Shown: positions 32,639 to 46,692, counted from the stretch's first letter. The stretch is DNA of 64,000 bases from Lobosporangium transversale (GCF_002105155.1 NW_019028996.1:620001-684000), one strand, 5' to 3'. The notes: a model not told the origin generated them from the sequence alone. Made by a program: numbers and translations.

Positions 32639-34976
32639 ATGCATTCACAATCCTTCGCTCGCTTGGCGCGATCTACATATTCTACTGTTGGCAGACAATG
32701 CCTCAGCAGACCATTCTCCCTTACATCCGCAACGAGGATCGCTGCATCTCAGATCCGTTTCCGGTCCTCAGCTGCCACAGCTGAAGCCGCTGTCCAGCCA
32801 AAGTAAGTACTTTTGTGATTATTCATCAACCTGAAATAACTCATATCCTCGGTAAAGAGTAAACGCTTTTAATTGACCGTTTTTTATTTTATTTTTTATT
32901 TTATTCTTTTAATGATTGTTATTATTACAGCATCGCTGCTGTTGACCCATCCGCAGCTCCACCACTCCAACCTCTCGAGCGTACTCAACCAAAGACATCT
33001 TCAAAACCAGAACATGATCATTCATTTGTTGGTATGTCAGGAGGTCAGATTTTTCATGAGATGATGCTACGACACAATGTGAAGCACGTCTTCGGATACC
33101 CTGGAGGTGCTATTCTTCCTGTCTTCGATGCCATCTATAACTCCAAGCACTTTGACTTTATCCTGCCCAGAGCTGAGCAAGGTGCTGGTCATGCCGCTGA
33201 AGGATATGCTCGTGTCACGTAAGTTGCGAACAATCAATGCGATTTATGGTTTCGCTTATCTTTTTTGTTTTGTTTGTCAATGTCAAGCTATTCTCCGAAA
33301 AGCGAAAAACTTTATTTTTCAATCAGTCTTACACTCCTTTTTTTCTTTTTCTTTTTTTTCTCTCGTTGACAACTATTCTCGCACATGGTAGTGGAAAGCC
33401 TGGAGTTGTCCTTGTCACCTCAGGTCCTGGTGCCACGAATGTCATTACCGCAATGCAGGATGCACTTTCGGATGGAACACCCATGGTTGTTTTTTCAGGT
33501 CAGGTTCCTGTTAGCGCTATCGGATCAGACGCTTTCCAGGAGGCCGACGTGGTTGGAATCTCGCGTGCATGCACAAAATGGAACGTCATGGTCAAAGACA
33601 TTGCTGACCTTCCTCGTCGCATCAATGAGGCCTTTGAGATCGCTACCTCGGGACGACCTGGACCCGTCTTGGTTGATTTGCCCAAGGATGTCACTGCCGC
33701 GATTGTGAATAAGCCTATTCCTGCTGCACCTAGCATTCCTGCTAAGCCTCCAACTAGCCAGGCTCCCTTTTTCTCTGATCTTGCCAAAGATGCATCTCAG
33801 GTCACCTCTCCTCAAATTCATCGCGCAGCTCAGTTGATTAACGCAGCCAAACGCCCGCTGATCTATGCCGGCCAGGGTATTCTTGCTCATCCCGACGGTC
33901 CTGAACGCCTCAGGGAGCTCTCGCACAACGGAAATATTCCTGTCACCACCACACTTCAAGGTTTGGGCGCATTTGATGAACTGGATCACCGGTCCCTCCA
34001 TATGGTCGGCATGCACGGCTCCGCTTATGCCAATCTCGCTATGCAAAAAGCCGATGTGATTATCGCATTGGGAGCTCGTTTTGATGACCGTGTTACCGCT
34101 AATGTCCCTCGCTTTGCTCCTGAGGCAAGGAAGGCTGCAGCCGAGAAGCGTGGAGGTATTATCCATTTCGAGATTTCACCCAAAAACATCAACAAGGTCG
34201 TTCAGGCGACCGAAGCAATTGAAGGTGATGTCACAGAGAACCTGACAAAGCTTCTGCCCCTGATCGAGAGCTCAGAGCGCAAGGAGTGGTTCACAAAGAT
34301 TAGTGACTGGAAGAGCCGCTTCCCTTTTTACCATGTACAGGATCCTAACGGTATCCTCTTGCCTCAGACCGTCATCCAAGAACTCGACAAGCAAACCGCT
34401 GATATGAAAGAGAAGGTCATCATCACAACTGGTGTGGGTCAGCATCAGATGTGGGCTGCTCAGTACTTCCGTTGGCGTCATCCCCGCAGTCTGGTCACCT
34501 CTGGAGGTTTGGGCACAATGGGCTTTGGTCTTCCAGCAGCCATTGGAGCGAAGGTTGGCAAACCCGATCATATTGTAGTTGATATTGATGGTGATGCCAG
34601 TTTCTGCATGACCGGAATGGAGTTGGCTACAGCAGCACAATACAACATTGGTGTCAAGGTTTTGATTCTCAACAATGATTTCCAGGGCATGGTTAAGCAG
34701 TGGCAGGATCTTTTCTACGAGGAGCGCTACTCTGCTACCCGCATGTTCAACCCTGACTTTGTTAAACTTGCAGAAGCCATGAACATCAAGGGTATCCGCG
34801 CCACATCAATGCAAGATCTCCCCGGCGCCATGGCTGAATTCCTAGCTCACCCAGGCCCAGTTGTGCTGGAAGCCAAGGTCTGCAAACGCGAACACGTCTT
34901 CCCAATGGCACCAGCTGCCAGCGCTCTACACGAATTTATTGTGCACCCTCATCAAGCCTCAAATAGTCGCGATTAA
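32639..34976 (+). CDS. ILV2: Acetolactate synthase catalytic subunit, mitochondrial, 3 exons
   Basis: FGYPGGAILP, EQGAGHAAEGYAR, TSGPGATN, GQVP..IGSDAFQE, RFDDRVT, TGVGQHQMWAAQ, GTMGFGLPAAIGA, TPP motif GDASF...LNN, GMVKQWQ. Confidence 0.97.
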
Positions 34977-34993
34977 ACACTTTGGCCCAAAAG

Positions 34994-35028
<35 letters not shown>

Positions 35029-35115
35029 AAAGAAAAGAGAAAACTTGTAACATAGCCCGCAGCATAATAAATAAAAAATTACTCCACTAAAAATAAAAAA
35101 AAATCATCAATTTGC

Positions 35116-35670
35116 ATGATGGACCACATCAGTCTCCCTTCACGACATTCTCTCATCACATTACAAGACATTACTGTTAACAATTGGAAACAGATTACAC
35201 AATTGATTGTTAACCGAGATCAATTAGGTTTAGTTACATCAAACCTCGAATCTCTCTGCGAACACCAGTATTATGTACCAAGATCTATTGTCCGAGCCAT
35301 AGTTGCAGATGCAATCCCTGTGGGTTATATTCGTCTTCAACAAGAGGAACAAGATCAAGCAAGTGAGCCGACCCGAATAGCAACAGATCACGGCAATCAT
35401 CTCCGAATGTTTCGATTACTCAGCTTTATGATTCATCAATCATATCAAGGACTCGGTTTTGGCACCAATGCCTTACAATTGTTACAAAAGGAGTTATCGT
35501 CTCAATCTCGCGAGGCCCATGGAATCAGAATATTGACAACCTCGTTTGCAAGTGTTCATCCTGAAGACTCTCCCGAGCATTTCTTTTCAGCTTTAGGATT
35601 CCAGAAGAGTCAAATCCATGGGCAACCTCTACAAGAAATGATCTGGACGTCAAAGATATCAGAAGCATAG
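35116..35670 (+). CDS. GNAT acetyltransferase (BltD / spermidine N-acetyltransferase-like), intronless
   Basis: ITLQDITVNNWKQITQL..V.SN.ESL.E N-terminus; acetyl-CoA motif A FMIHQSYQGLGFGTNAL; C-terminal HFFSALGF. Confidence 0.8.
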   Translation: MMDHISLPSRHSLITLQDITVNNWKQITQLIVNRDQLGLVTSNLESLCEHQYYVPRSIVRAIVADAIPVGYIRLQQEEQDQASEPTRIATDHGNHLRMFRLLSFMIHQSYQGLGFGTNALQLLQKELSSQSREAHGIRILTTSFASVHPEDSPEHFFSALGFQKSQIHGQPLQEMIWTSKISEA

Positions 35671-36841
35671 AGTGCACAAAAAGAACTCGGCTATTGATAT
35701 GGTCTGGTCATGGATGTGTGGCTTTGAAGCAATTGATGATCAACCAATAAACCCTGTTTTTAAAGTTTAGTCAACTACATGTACTAAAATGTTTGGCATT
35801 TATCCTGCAATGACACCAAGCAATAATCTTTTGTTCTGTTTTCAACACTCACACCCATATTAACAATAACAGCAGCAATACCCTTGCCAAGACTGCATTT
35901 CAAATGTAGTGAATGGGACAATGTCCACATAGAAATCTCCACGGAGAAAGTTTGCTTCAATCAAAATGAGCTTTGCCATACCATTGTCAGTACTTTCCAT
36001 TAATAAATTGACCTCAATGAGCACTTCCACTGAGACCGGCGCCCTTTTTCAAAAGGTTTGCTTAGCCCCAGAGGTAGGAGGGCTACCTTTAATACTACAA
36101 CCCTGACGCTCTTGTCGGACTCAGCAAGGTCGTCAAGAATGAGCAGATGGCGACGACGAAGATACTGCTGAAGGCGATGAGGATGATGGTGTTGGTACTG
36201 CTGAGGATGATAATGGTGACCCTGGGGCAAAAGATGTGGAGAGGGAGGAGGGTGAGGGCAATGATGAGACAGGTTAGTTCTACCCTACTGGTGAAATGTT
36301 GTTGCAATAGTAATTGAGTTTGGTACGAGGGGTACCGTTGATTCGGATAGTTGGTATTTAAGCCTATCTGAACAGGCAATGGCCAGAAGCTATCATCCGT
36401 TGGAATATCGTTGAACGTCTCCAAGTTAGGATCCGTGCTAGGACGCGACGATTACCGCCTTTTCCGATTTTTAGTTGAATACGAATAGGGCTTCGGCCCC
36501 TGAGTCATGCTGTGAGGGTTCGCATGTTGGACAGAAAGGTTCGAGTTGTGTCCTCTAATGTTAATTACAAATATTGAAAAGATAAATCCATTGCAGACGA
36601 CTTTTTAGCAACGGTGTACTGTAGGGTTGTAGAGTAGCCTTGTTGCCCTTCTACGGCGGATTTGTTCATATATGATAAGTTTAAGGGGTAACGTAATTTT
36701 GATAGCATGCCTGGGACGTCCAGACGTTAAAGAGAAAGCCCCTCAAGTACAGTCACATATCACCACCCAGAGGGCGAAGGGAGAATGAACACATGCTTCT
36801 TCGTTTGCTACACATCTCTTCGCCTTTGACACCATTCAGCC

Positions 36842-37677
36842 ATGACTGAGCAATCCTCATTGCTACTAAAGAAGCAACTCAAAGGTAAAAAAAGAAAAAG
36901 CAAAACTAAGTTATTATATATATATATTGTTGTTTTCTGTGCCACCACCCATCGTAGGAAGGAAGAAAATGTGACAAGAACTGAATAAGAGTTTGAAAAG
37001 CTATTGACCTTAGCCATGGCTTCGGATTTGATGGCCAAAGTATATCTATGGTTCCACAGTGCTAGCATCTTCATTTATTATTGCTTATAATACTGTATAT
37101 ATTGAAAGGTGTTTTAATTACATTGTGCTTCCTTCTTTCTCTGGTCACTACCAAGAGGATAAGCTGGTCTTTTTTCTAAGAACGACTTCTTTGCTATTCG
37201 CCTTTTTTGATCAAAACGCAAAGCTTCTCACTGAATGATGTCTTTTTCATTCTCAGTTTTCTCCAGGGAAACTCTAAACCACCTCTCCTTTTACTGCCTC
37301 TAATCCATGATGGCATTTATGTCATAGAATTATCGTCATGAAAGTACTCCTCAATCGTTTATTTAAGGATAACCCTTTTCCCTTCTTCCTCCTCTTCGAA
37401 TGTTTTGAACAGAACTAGTCAAGTGATCCAATATTGATACAGATGTTCGATTTTCTGCTGTAATCTGTTAGAACTTGCCAAACATCCCGTGGAAGGCTTC
37501 TCAGCTGGCCTTGTCGACGATAATAACATTTATGAGGTAGGACTTTGACCGACAGCACGTAAACGCCTTTATACGTCAGTTGGCTTGTGCTGAACATAGC
37601 TTTAACTCCATGACATGCGGTCCTGGTTGTGCATAGTGGGAAATCATGATCATGGGTCCACAAGACACTCTCTAGTA

Positions 37678-37718
<41 letters not shown>

Positions 37719-38534
37719 CGCGAGTGTTCATGCACATTTTAGGAGCAAAATTTATTTTCAACTGTACAATAACCAGCTCCTGCCTTGATCACTAATCCCG
37801 GTCCATAACGTGGATCTGATGGATGATGGGATATCATTATCATTTTTTTCTCATATTGCTTTGAAATGGTTCTAGTGAGGGAGGTTTCTTCAGGGCCATC
37901 ATGACGTTCCCGCAAGATTATCCATTGATGCCTCCGAAGCTCAAATTCACTACTGATATATACCACCCTAATGGTAAGGCTGGGAAGCCGTAAAGAACTG
38001 CCACATCAACGACATGGTTTTACATAAAAGAGTACCAATACATATGTATGTTTTTTCTTTATCTGTACAGTATATCCTGATGGAGAGGTCTGCATTTCCA
38101 TCTTGGTAAGCTTTTATTGATTTTTATTTTCTGTCATTGCTGTCGCAATGCATCATATTTGCTCCCATTGTTTTCGATCGTTGTTAAAACCATACTTGAT
38201 GTTTATTCTAATTGTAGCATCCCCCTGGTGAGGATAAGTATGGATATGAGCAGGCAAGCGAGCGCTGGTCGCCAGTCCATACTGTGGAGACAATCTTAGT
38301 TAGTGTTATCTCCATGCTATCAAGCCCCAATGACGAAAGCCCTGCAAACATCGAGGCTGCTGTAAGATTATAGACTTTGATACGACATATACCAGAGTCG
38401 GCGCGAACAGAGTTCATAATCTAATATAATGCAAACAATCTTTATATTTGAATCTTTAGAAAGAATGGCGTGACAACTATACTTCTTACAAAAAGAAAGT
38501 GCAACGTATCGCACGACGTTCAGCAGACATGTGA
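36842..38534 (+). CDS. Ubiquitin-conjugating enzyme E2, UBE2G/Ubc7-type (7 short exons; not in ORF track)
   Basis: Spliced product: [120 protein letters not shown]...[15 protein letters not shown]...RRSADM*. Catalytic Cys and acidic loop present. Confidence 0.95.
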
Positions 38535-39082
38535 CATGGGAAGCGGTACATCAGGTTTAGCTAGAAAGATTTATTGTTGTTATATCGCGTCTTATGCGAT
38601 CGTGTGGTTAAAAATGCCCGTTATATTTGAATTTTTAGAAAAAAAAAATAAAAAATAAAAAATAAAAAATAAACCTGGTCCATCTGTTTCTCTGTGCATA
38701 CATTGACGTCTGGCCTCAGGCGCACGAGAAATGTGATACGGACGGCAATTGCTTCAATCGCTATTAAGGAATCAGATGCCCTCAATGAAGTGCGAAATAA
38801 GTAGTTGACAAGGAGGAAAATCACCATCATTGGCAGACCCTCTTCATGGTATAAACCTCGCTTTGAATGACTCCGTCATAACTATTTCTTTCCTCACGAT
38901 TTTCAAATGTCAATAAATTATGAATACTTCGTCCACTTTCAGCATGTTAAGGGACTCTGACCTGTGGAGAGTAATAGCAAGCTTTAACGCATTCTAACGG
39001 ATTATAGCTAATTATAATCGTAAAATGGGTACACAGATGCTTTTTGAAAGTGTCTGCCGACGATATAGATGATTATTTTATT

Positions 39083-40424
39083 TTAAATTGCGAAATCCCC
39101 TAGATCCAGATCGGATGGCCCAAAGTCAAGCTCGATCCTCTGAGCATTCCTAGCTTCTCGTCCCGCCTTGACTATGAGGTCCTCTATCATTTCTTCATAC
39201 TTGTCCTCCTCCTCTTCTTCATTTTCTCCTATGCTACTCAAGCAGCCTGGCGGATAGTCCCAACTAGCGACTTCCTGCTCCTGCTCTAAAGGAATAGTCT
39301 TGGCGATCAACTCTTCTTTGGATGCAGAGATGGGAATATGTCCGACCATTGGTATCCTTGTAGAGCTGAATAAAGACGAAACTGCATCAATAATGCTTGT
39401 ACGTTTCCTAGATTTCTCGGTTCTCCATGTCGTTCTATTCCTTGTGGTATCAATTTCATCAGTTGCTATTGCTTCGATTTCAACCACTCCTTGCACATCA
39501 ACATCTGTCTTGAGAACTGGGTCTTCTTGCGCCGGATGAGAACTCATCCTTATTATTGCACCCGTCGCTACAGCGACAGTGGCTCCATTATTGATATTGG
39601 ACTGTGCGGTTTTTTCGTCCAGACCTTCGTTATGACGGTCTACTGAAATGGACTTTTCGCTTTCGGCCTCTCTTCTACGTAAGGTTTCCATTCGAAGAGC
39701 ATTATTCATGATGACAAATCCACGGCGGACGTCGCTCACAGTCCCTATGCCCAAATAAAATCCTGAACTCCATCCGCTGAAACGCTCGCCTTGTGTAAAC
39801 TCGGTGGCTGCGCCATTTTGACTGGAGGTTAATTGGAAATAGTGCGTCCCCTGTGTTCATTAAACAAAAATATTGGTTAATACAAATTTACTACAACTAT
39901 TACAATTATTGGTATCAATATTTGAATAGCTTTAAAGAAATGGTTTACTTCTGCAGATCTTATGAAGGTTGCTGGTACGATCCATTGAAGGCATGCTTCT
40001 GGCTCGACTTTGAGGACTTTAGGGGCCTGGGATATCGCTATGATTTCAATTGTAGAAAAGTAAGATGAAAGTTCGACATTTTAATCCATGTATTGACCTA
40101 ATTAATACATTGGCATTTTTTCGACAGGTATAAAGACTTACATATTGGTGCACCGCAAAATATTGTTGACGGTAGTCGTATCTTTAGATCTAACGCCTCG
40201 CCCTCTGAGTAAAGTAGAGAAGTTGGTTTTTAATAACCAGACATGTGGAGGACGGGCAAAATAACCATCAGTAGTTAAATCCTAGAAAAGATATTACCTT
40301 CGATAGTTCCTTTTGCTTGTACAATCATTGGATTCCATTCATGATAGTGCGATAGGTCTGTAAGAACTTCCCAGACCTCTTTTGGAGGTGCCGGAATGGT
40401 AATTGTTGTCTTGATTTCATTCAT
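39083..40424 (-). CDS. SRPBCC/START (polyketide cyclase-like) domain protein with acidic disordered C-terminal extension, 4 exons
   Basis: MNEIKTTITIPAPPKEVWEVLTDLSHYHEWNP...PKVLKVEP..LQW...GTHYFQL...TEFTQGERFSG...RRGFVIMNNALR. Confidence 0.82.
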
Positions 40425-43400
40425 AGATAGGTGTATAAAGCGTGAAATATGCTGCGTTAAATTTATTTTGTAGCCAAGGTTTAATGATGAAGGGTATTAA
40501 TCAGAAATAGAAGAAAAATAAATAGTAAAAAAAAAAGGGTATGTTTCGAGGAAGAAATTCATGATGGCCTCGGGAACAGGATATCCGTTGCGGGGCTTTT
40601 AATCCATGCCCGTTCCTTTGCCATATTTTCCCTTTTACCTCGCAGTTGAAGATGAATTCATATTAAAAGATTGAAAGCCTTATTTTCAGGAGGTGACATT
40701 CTGTCCGGAGCGTTTATTGGATCGAGAACGCTTCAGGGGGTGCATTAATTATTATCCCATGTTCAATTATAAAGCCCTTATTGCAGTCAACGTCGTAGGG
40801 CCATGCAGTAAGCTGTCTGATCATACGTAAGGAGGCCATATGAAAAAGTGAATTTAGGAAGCATAAATAGGTAAATGAGTAGGGCCACCTTCAAGTACCT
40901 TCCTGAGCCTTTACCACAAGTCATCCTTGAAAGTTATAAGGACATTTCAATCCTATTGTCTCTTCAGAAGAATAAGCATGAAACTCCGCTACTAATGAAT
41001 GGCTAACCACTCTGCCCTATTGAACTTTTTTTTTATACGCTGTATCGCTGTGGGAAATAGATCAGGACCCGATAAATATTAGAGTCCAAAAACCTATGAA
41101 TGGCAAAATCTGTTTTTGCTCACTTTATTACTTGCTCATTTTATTTGATTGTCTGTCGTGTTATCGAATATTTTCTCCAGGCATTGTAATTAAGTACACC
41201 AGTAAAGTGCAGAGGGGTATTTATGACGAGAAGTTATTCATGAGAAGCCTGAGCAGTGATTTCTGTGTTTCAAAATGGTGATGAGCTTTAAATGGTAGGA
41301 TAGTAAGTCGCGCGCATGGTAACTATTTCGTCTCGACACCCAAAGAGAATGAGGGAATGGGGGTGAAAAAGAACACCTAATGAGCAAATGAGGCTCTTGC
41401 ACTAGATAAATATCCACACATATCTTTCTGGGTAGCGGTACAATATCTTTGTAACTTTGTAACTTATAAGGATATCCGAAGTGAAAAGAACGGAGTGTGA
41501 AGGTGCGAAGGGGTAATTGTCATTTGTAATATGTGTACGATAACAGAAAAGGTTGAAGGAAAAAATAAAACGCTTTCCCTCGCCTTTGCTTGATGATTAT
41601 CGATACTAACTTCAGACTGTGTAAGTGGCCATGCATATCCACTCCTGAACGTGCTACATTGTCTAAGACAAGCCAGCTCTAATCGTTCTTCCTTAATTAT
41701 ATTTTCAATCCAAGCGTAATTTTGCATTTGTTCCAAGAATACTGCATATCCCTTTATCCTGCTTTTCTCAAAGACGAAGCGATAGACGCGCTATAGAATT
41801 TATGAAGACGACTCTTCATCTTCATTAATATACTAAATTATTGAGCACAATGTAGAATAGTAATGGGTTGCCAATGTTCTAATTCTCTGTCTCCTGGAAA
41901 GTAATAAATTATTAAATAAATGGAAGACAGATACTATGAACGCCATATCAGCCAGCGCTAGCACGATGTACGCCATCTGTTGCAAAAAAAAATAAAAAAT
42001 AAAAAATAAAAAAAAATAAAAATAAAAAAAAATAAAAATAAAAAAAAATAGTACTCTACCCCCTTGTGGCGCCAGCTAAAAGTCTTGGCACAAACATGGC
42101 GTCAATAAGGACCAATATCAGGATGAATTGTTACAGGACATTAATCTATCCTTCTACGAGGGAAGGCCCAAGAGAGTGGAGGCGGAAATAAGAAGAAAGA
42201 TAAGAGAGTATTAAGGTATCTACATGTTGGTTTCTTATTACACTTCCTTGATCATCGATACCATTGATGGCATCTAGAAACCTACGACTTCAAAACAAAG
42301 CAAAAAAAAAAAAAAAAAAAAAAAAAGAAAAAAAAGGAAAAAAAAAAAAAAGCCTTATTTGACGACATTACTGCTTCGAGGGACTATCAGATCATCACCA
42401 ACGCATTCGTTCACGCCTTTCCTTAATGCTCATTCTGTTCTGCCAATCTGTTGATGAGGATCTTCCAAAGCTCTTGTTCTGAACAGGAGCAAAGAGAGCA
42501 TACTACTGCACCCTTAGGACAAATACTCAATGCTATATTCCCAGAGAAAAAGAAATGAGCGCATTCTCGTTCCTTACAGTAGGATATTTCTAATTCACAA
42601 GTTTGAAAGGTTGAGAGCTGAAGCAGTGATTGAATATCAGTGTAAACTGATGCTTAATCGAGACAGGAGTAACAAAGACATGTGTACTCAGGGACAGATA
42701 CTACTGCGCATAAATTGTATGCTGAATTTATCGTTACGAGATGTCTGTGTTTCTTCACAAATGACAGAGTCATAATGACTCTCTTTCCTTCAACGTCTAC
42801 ATTCAGCCATTAGCTTTTCGTTATTACAGCCTAATCTTTCGTCTTGCTTCAGAAATACCAAACTATTACTGCTTTAGATTCTTTCAGTTAGAATGTTTTC
42901 ATACTCTTTTTTTATTTATTTTTTCTTCGATTACAAGGCACTAAATACAAAATAATATTGGGAATATATTCCTATTGGCTATTGCATGTAGATCGAGGAT
43001 CTGCACGCGATAAAGAGAGAAAAGGGAGTAGAAGGCAGCACTACGATGTTCAGACGCTGTTACCTGGTCCAGGTCGAATGATAAGTAAGAGGATACGCAT
43101 CATTCCACGCAGGGACGGCGTATTCAGAGAAAAACTGAATTGCTTTGTTAATCAAGAAAGCAGAAAGAGATCATCGGAGTCTAGGCGCATCAATTTTTTT
43201 TTTGAGAGCAAGGGTTCAATGCATGTCTGCAGCCTCTCCTGGGATAGGAATTCTACGACAGGCGGATAGGCAGACAGAAAGACAAGCGAAAATTCATTAA
43301 ATAATTCCTATTAATGTGAAGAAGTGTAAGGGAACATCAACGCACCGCTAAATATGTCCTATTCATTTGAATGTCTGGCCATAGGCTGAGCTGACGTGCT

Positions 43401-44882
43401 GGATTTGTTCGTATTCTGAATTTAGCCTTCACAGGTAAATTCTTGAGTCAGAATTTAAGGTTTCTCTTCCACACAATGCATTTATTCATCATGTGGATGG
43501 CTTGAGCGTCAATGGTCTTATGGCCCCTATTGACAAGGATCTTCCTTAACGCCCGCTACCGGGGGATGTACGATACATAGGTCGTTGCCCTATGGACGTT
43601 TTCTTCCACAGGTAATAGGCCGAAATAATAAATGATCTCTTCTTGGTCCGCGTTTGTTTTGACAGCGTCTACTGCATCGTATTCTTCTCTATCTCCCACC
43701 TTTTCATTACCCCCTTGCATTTAAAGTAATACATATGTTAAGGTCCAAGTAGTTTTTGCTGGTTCTCCAACCCCTCTCCTGACCAGTACCTAATCTCTTC
43801 CTACGAGTTGTAGGGCCATAAAGATCCAAAGGGGCTTGCATGAGCTACCTTAAAAAAAAAAAATAATAAAGAAAAGATTGATTGCGAATTACATCTCTAT
43901 TATAAATGTTTTTTGCTTGCTTTTTTACTCCACAACTTATTTTTGTCGTTATTTCAGCTATAAGACCACAACCTCCTTGGCTCAACGATGAACAAAAAGG
44001 AAGTGATTGCTTAGAGAGAAAAAAAAAGGGAGAAAAGCCTATACTAAAACAAGAATCCAAATTATTCTTGGCAATCAATTCAGGCCCACCATCAAACAGC
44101 GAGTTGGACCTTTAAAAGTGGGCAAGGTAATAAAGGCAATAGGTAATGGTGGTAGTATAAATATACGCATGGTTGCACACAGTGTACAGCCATCGACCTT
44201 TGAGCATCATGGACGCGTGAATTTTAGATTGAAGGGTGGAGCGTGATATTTTCAGTTGAAAGATTGTTCATCAGCCATAAATTGCAACATGTACACTTCA
44301 AACTAAGCGCGGGCCATAGATTCCTCACCATTGCTCTTTTTCCTTTTTCATGAATAATAGAAAGTGATCCACGGAGGATGGTGGAGTGGTTTGTGTGTAT
44401 GCAGAGCCACATCCCTGCAGCGAAATCAGAATCAGATTCTTTATATGGGTTGAGTAACACCAGAATGTATAAATAAATTGTACAGACTATATCCTGCAAA
44501 TTAAAAATGTTTATTGAATTGAAAGTATTACTCGAACAATGAAGGAAGTATCCCACCCTTTCCTCATTTGTTGAACATTTGCACTTGCATGTTGGCCAAG
44601 CATTGAGCTTCCTCGACTAAATAAAAAAAAAAAAAAAAAAAAAAGTACAAAAAGGGACCAAAACATTCCTCGCTTTCCTTATTTCCTCTTCACCTTTTGT
44701 CTTTGCACTCTACAACCACCACGGTCTCGAGATAGATCCCCATTCTCCTCCTCCTTTTCCAACAGGACACATTCATTTGCATATCCACCCATCTGCTTCT
44801 CTGTTTATCTTTCACTCTTCCATTTAAACATATATTTATACCCATATTAGCATATTACTCCGTTGCTTACGAAGCTATTCAA

Positions 44883-46253
44883 ATGACGGCATCAGAATCA
44901 TCTCCAGCACCCACTCAGGTACAGACAAAGGATTTCTCACAACCACCACTTCAACCCTTTGGTCAATCAGCCATCTTTGCTCAAAGCGCGCTTTTCCAAC
45001 ACCAACGGAATCAACACCAGTCATCATCACCCACCATGTCTTCTAGCTCCCTCGAATCCTCACCTACACTAGCACCATCTACACAACACTTCCAGTCTTT
45101 AACACAGCAATACATGTACACTATCGACCAGCAGGAGCACCACCATCATCACCTCCAGATCCTGGGTAATCACCCGGCTTCGCCAAACGCAAGCATGGTC
45201 CTGGATCTACCTGCAGATTCTTTCATGTCTGCACGTGCCGATGGTGGTCTCTTCTTCTCTCATCGTGATACTACAATGGCAGACGCAGAAAATATGTTTC
45301 AATATGCAGATACCATATCCACCCCAGCTGCTGAAGACTGCCAGGCCTCCAAAGAGTACATGAACTCTGGACAACATCAGACTGTTCCCATCAAGACCGA
45401 GTTCTCGAACGGGCAATTTGCAGTAATGGCACCCACATACATGATGTCGATGGCTCGCTCCTTTTCAAACAGTCAACTGTCACAGGCCTGCAGCGCTGCT
45501 GTCCCTAACGTAGCCTCCTCTGCTGTCAAACTCGAGCTATGTGATACACATACGATGTATACTCACCAGAATCTCTATTCAGGCGATCGTCAGTACCGCT
45601 GCAGCAACAGCAACAGTAATTTGTACTCAACTCAGAACCATCACTATCCCCATCACAGCTATTCAACCAGTTCCCTCTCAGGTGATCCTTCTATGTCTCC
45701 AAGCTCAGCTTTCTCCAGCGGCACATTGAGTGTGTCCAACCCGAACAACTCGATCGCCTCTTACCCAATATCCCGGACATTTAGCGAACCCTTGTTCCAC
45801 CAGGGTATGATCCCTACATCCTCTTCTTTGCCTAATCTGTCTAGACTAGAATCCGAGATGGATACCGTCATGATAACCGCTGCGCCGACTATTGTTTCTA
45901 CATCAAACATGATCAAGCCAACACCCAAGCGCTCTCGCGGCCGTCGAGTCTCAAGCCATCCTGACAATTCAGGCTGCAAGGTCTTCACCTGCCGGTTTGA
46001 GGACTGCGGCAAGATCTTCAAGCGTTCGGAGCATTTGAAGCGCCATATCCGGTCCATCCATACTCTCGAAAAACCGTTCCCTTGTCCAATCCACAACTGT
46101 TCTAAGCGGTTCTCCAGATCAGACAACTTGAACCAGCATATCCGTATTCATCGTCATAGAAGCGGGGCTCGTATAGATGAGAAGAATAGCAAAGCCTTTT
46201 CTAGTTTTACACCCTTTCTTCATACTTATTCTACAGAGCTTATTACCCTTTAG
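44883..46253 (+). CDS. C2H2 zinc-finger transcription factor (Msn2/Msn4/Seb1-like), intronless
   Basis: Two C-terminal fingers [26 protein letters not shown] and [24 protein letters not shown]; Ser/Gln-rich N-terminus. Confidence 0.92.
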   Translation: MTASESSPAPTQVQTKDFSQPPLQPFGQSAIFAQSALFQHQRNQHQSSSPTMSSSSLESSPTLAPSTQHFQSLTQQYMYTIDQQEHHHHHLQILGNHPASPNASMVLDLPADSFMSARADGGLFFSHRDTTMADAENMFQYADTISTPAAEDCQASKEYMNSGQHQTVPIKTEFSNGQFAVMAPTYMMSMARSFSNSQLSQACSAAVPNVASSAVKLELCDTHTMYTHQNLYSGDRQYRCSNSNSNLYSTQNHHYPHHSYSTSSLSGDPSMSPSSAFSSGTLSVSNPNNSIASYPISRTFSEPLFHQGMIPTSSSLPNLSRLESEMDTVMITAAPTIVSTSNMIKPTPKRSRGRRVSSHPDNSGCKVFTCRFEDCGKIFKRSEHLKRHIRSIHTLEKPFPCPIHNCSKRFSRSDNLNQHIRIHRHRSGARIDEKNSKAFSSFTPFLHTYSTELITL

Positions 46254-46531
46254 ATTTAGGCTGAGCATTCTGGTGTAATTGCTCACTTTTTTTTTTTTTT
46301 TTTTTTTTCTCGAGAATAAACATTAAACGATTGGCTAAAGAAAAGCGTCGAGCCCTTGTAGTTTGATTTTTTGATTTCTTTGGAAAAGAGGTTGTACATA
46401 CACAGGCATTAGGAGTTAAAGTATGTATAATGTACTTTGTAGCATGCGTGGATACATTGCATGAGTCTATTTGTTCTGCAATGTTGGTCACAAAGATAAC
46501 ACACTGATCAATGCAGTTTATAGTGACTTTA

Positions 46532-46657
46532 TTATCGACGAGTCTCGTCAAGTCTTCTTCTCAATTCTTGGATTGTGTTCCATCCGATATCTGATGTACC
46601 AGATGGCATCCCTGGTTCATGTGGCGTTGGTGGTGTCTGCACCTCGACCTCTTCTGC

Positions 46658-46692
<35 letters not shown>

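Noticed and set aside
32639..34976. ILV2 as a self-resistance copy in a toxin biosynthetic cluster
   Set aside because: Inhibitor-sensitive positions look wild-type (GGAILP Ala, GQVP Pro, RFDDR Asp, QWQ Trp), and there is no PKS, NRPS or terpene synthase in the window.
22448..34976. Recent bacterial ilv-leu operon transfer or contamination
   Set aside because: Genes have spliceosomal introns, mitochondrial presequences, mixed orientation and fungal-type Ilv2/Ilv6/Leu2 sequences. Only the LeuCD half and the GNAT look prokaryote-like.
40500..44800. Hidden genes or ncRNAs in the 4.4-kb gap upstream of the C2H2 factor
   Set aside because: Only short non-protein-like ORFs and no tRNA/snoRNA hallmarks recognised. 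Most simply a long regulatory region. An Rfam/Infernal scan would be decisive.
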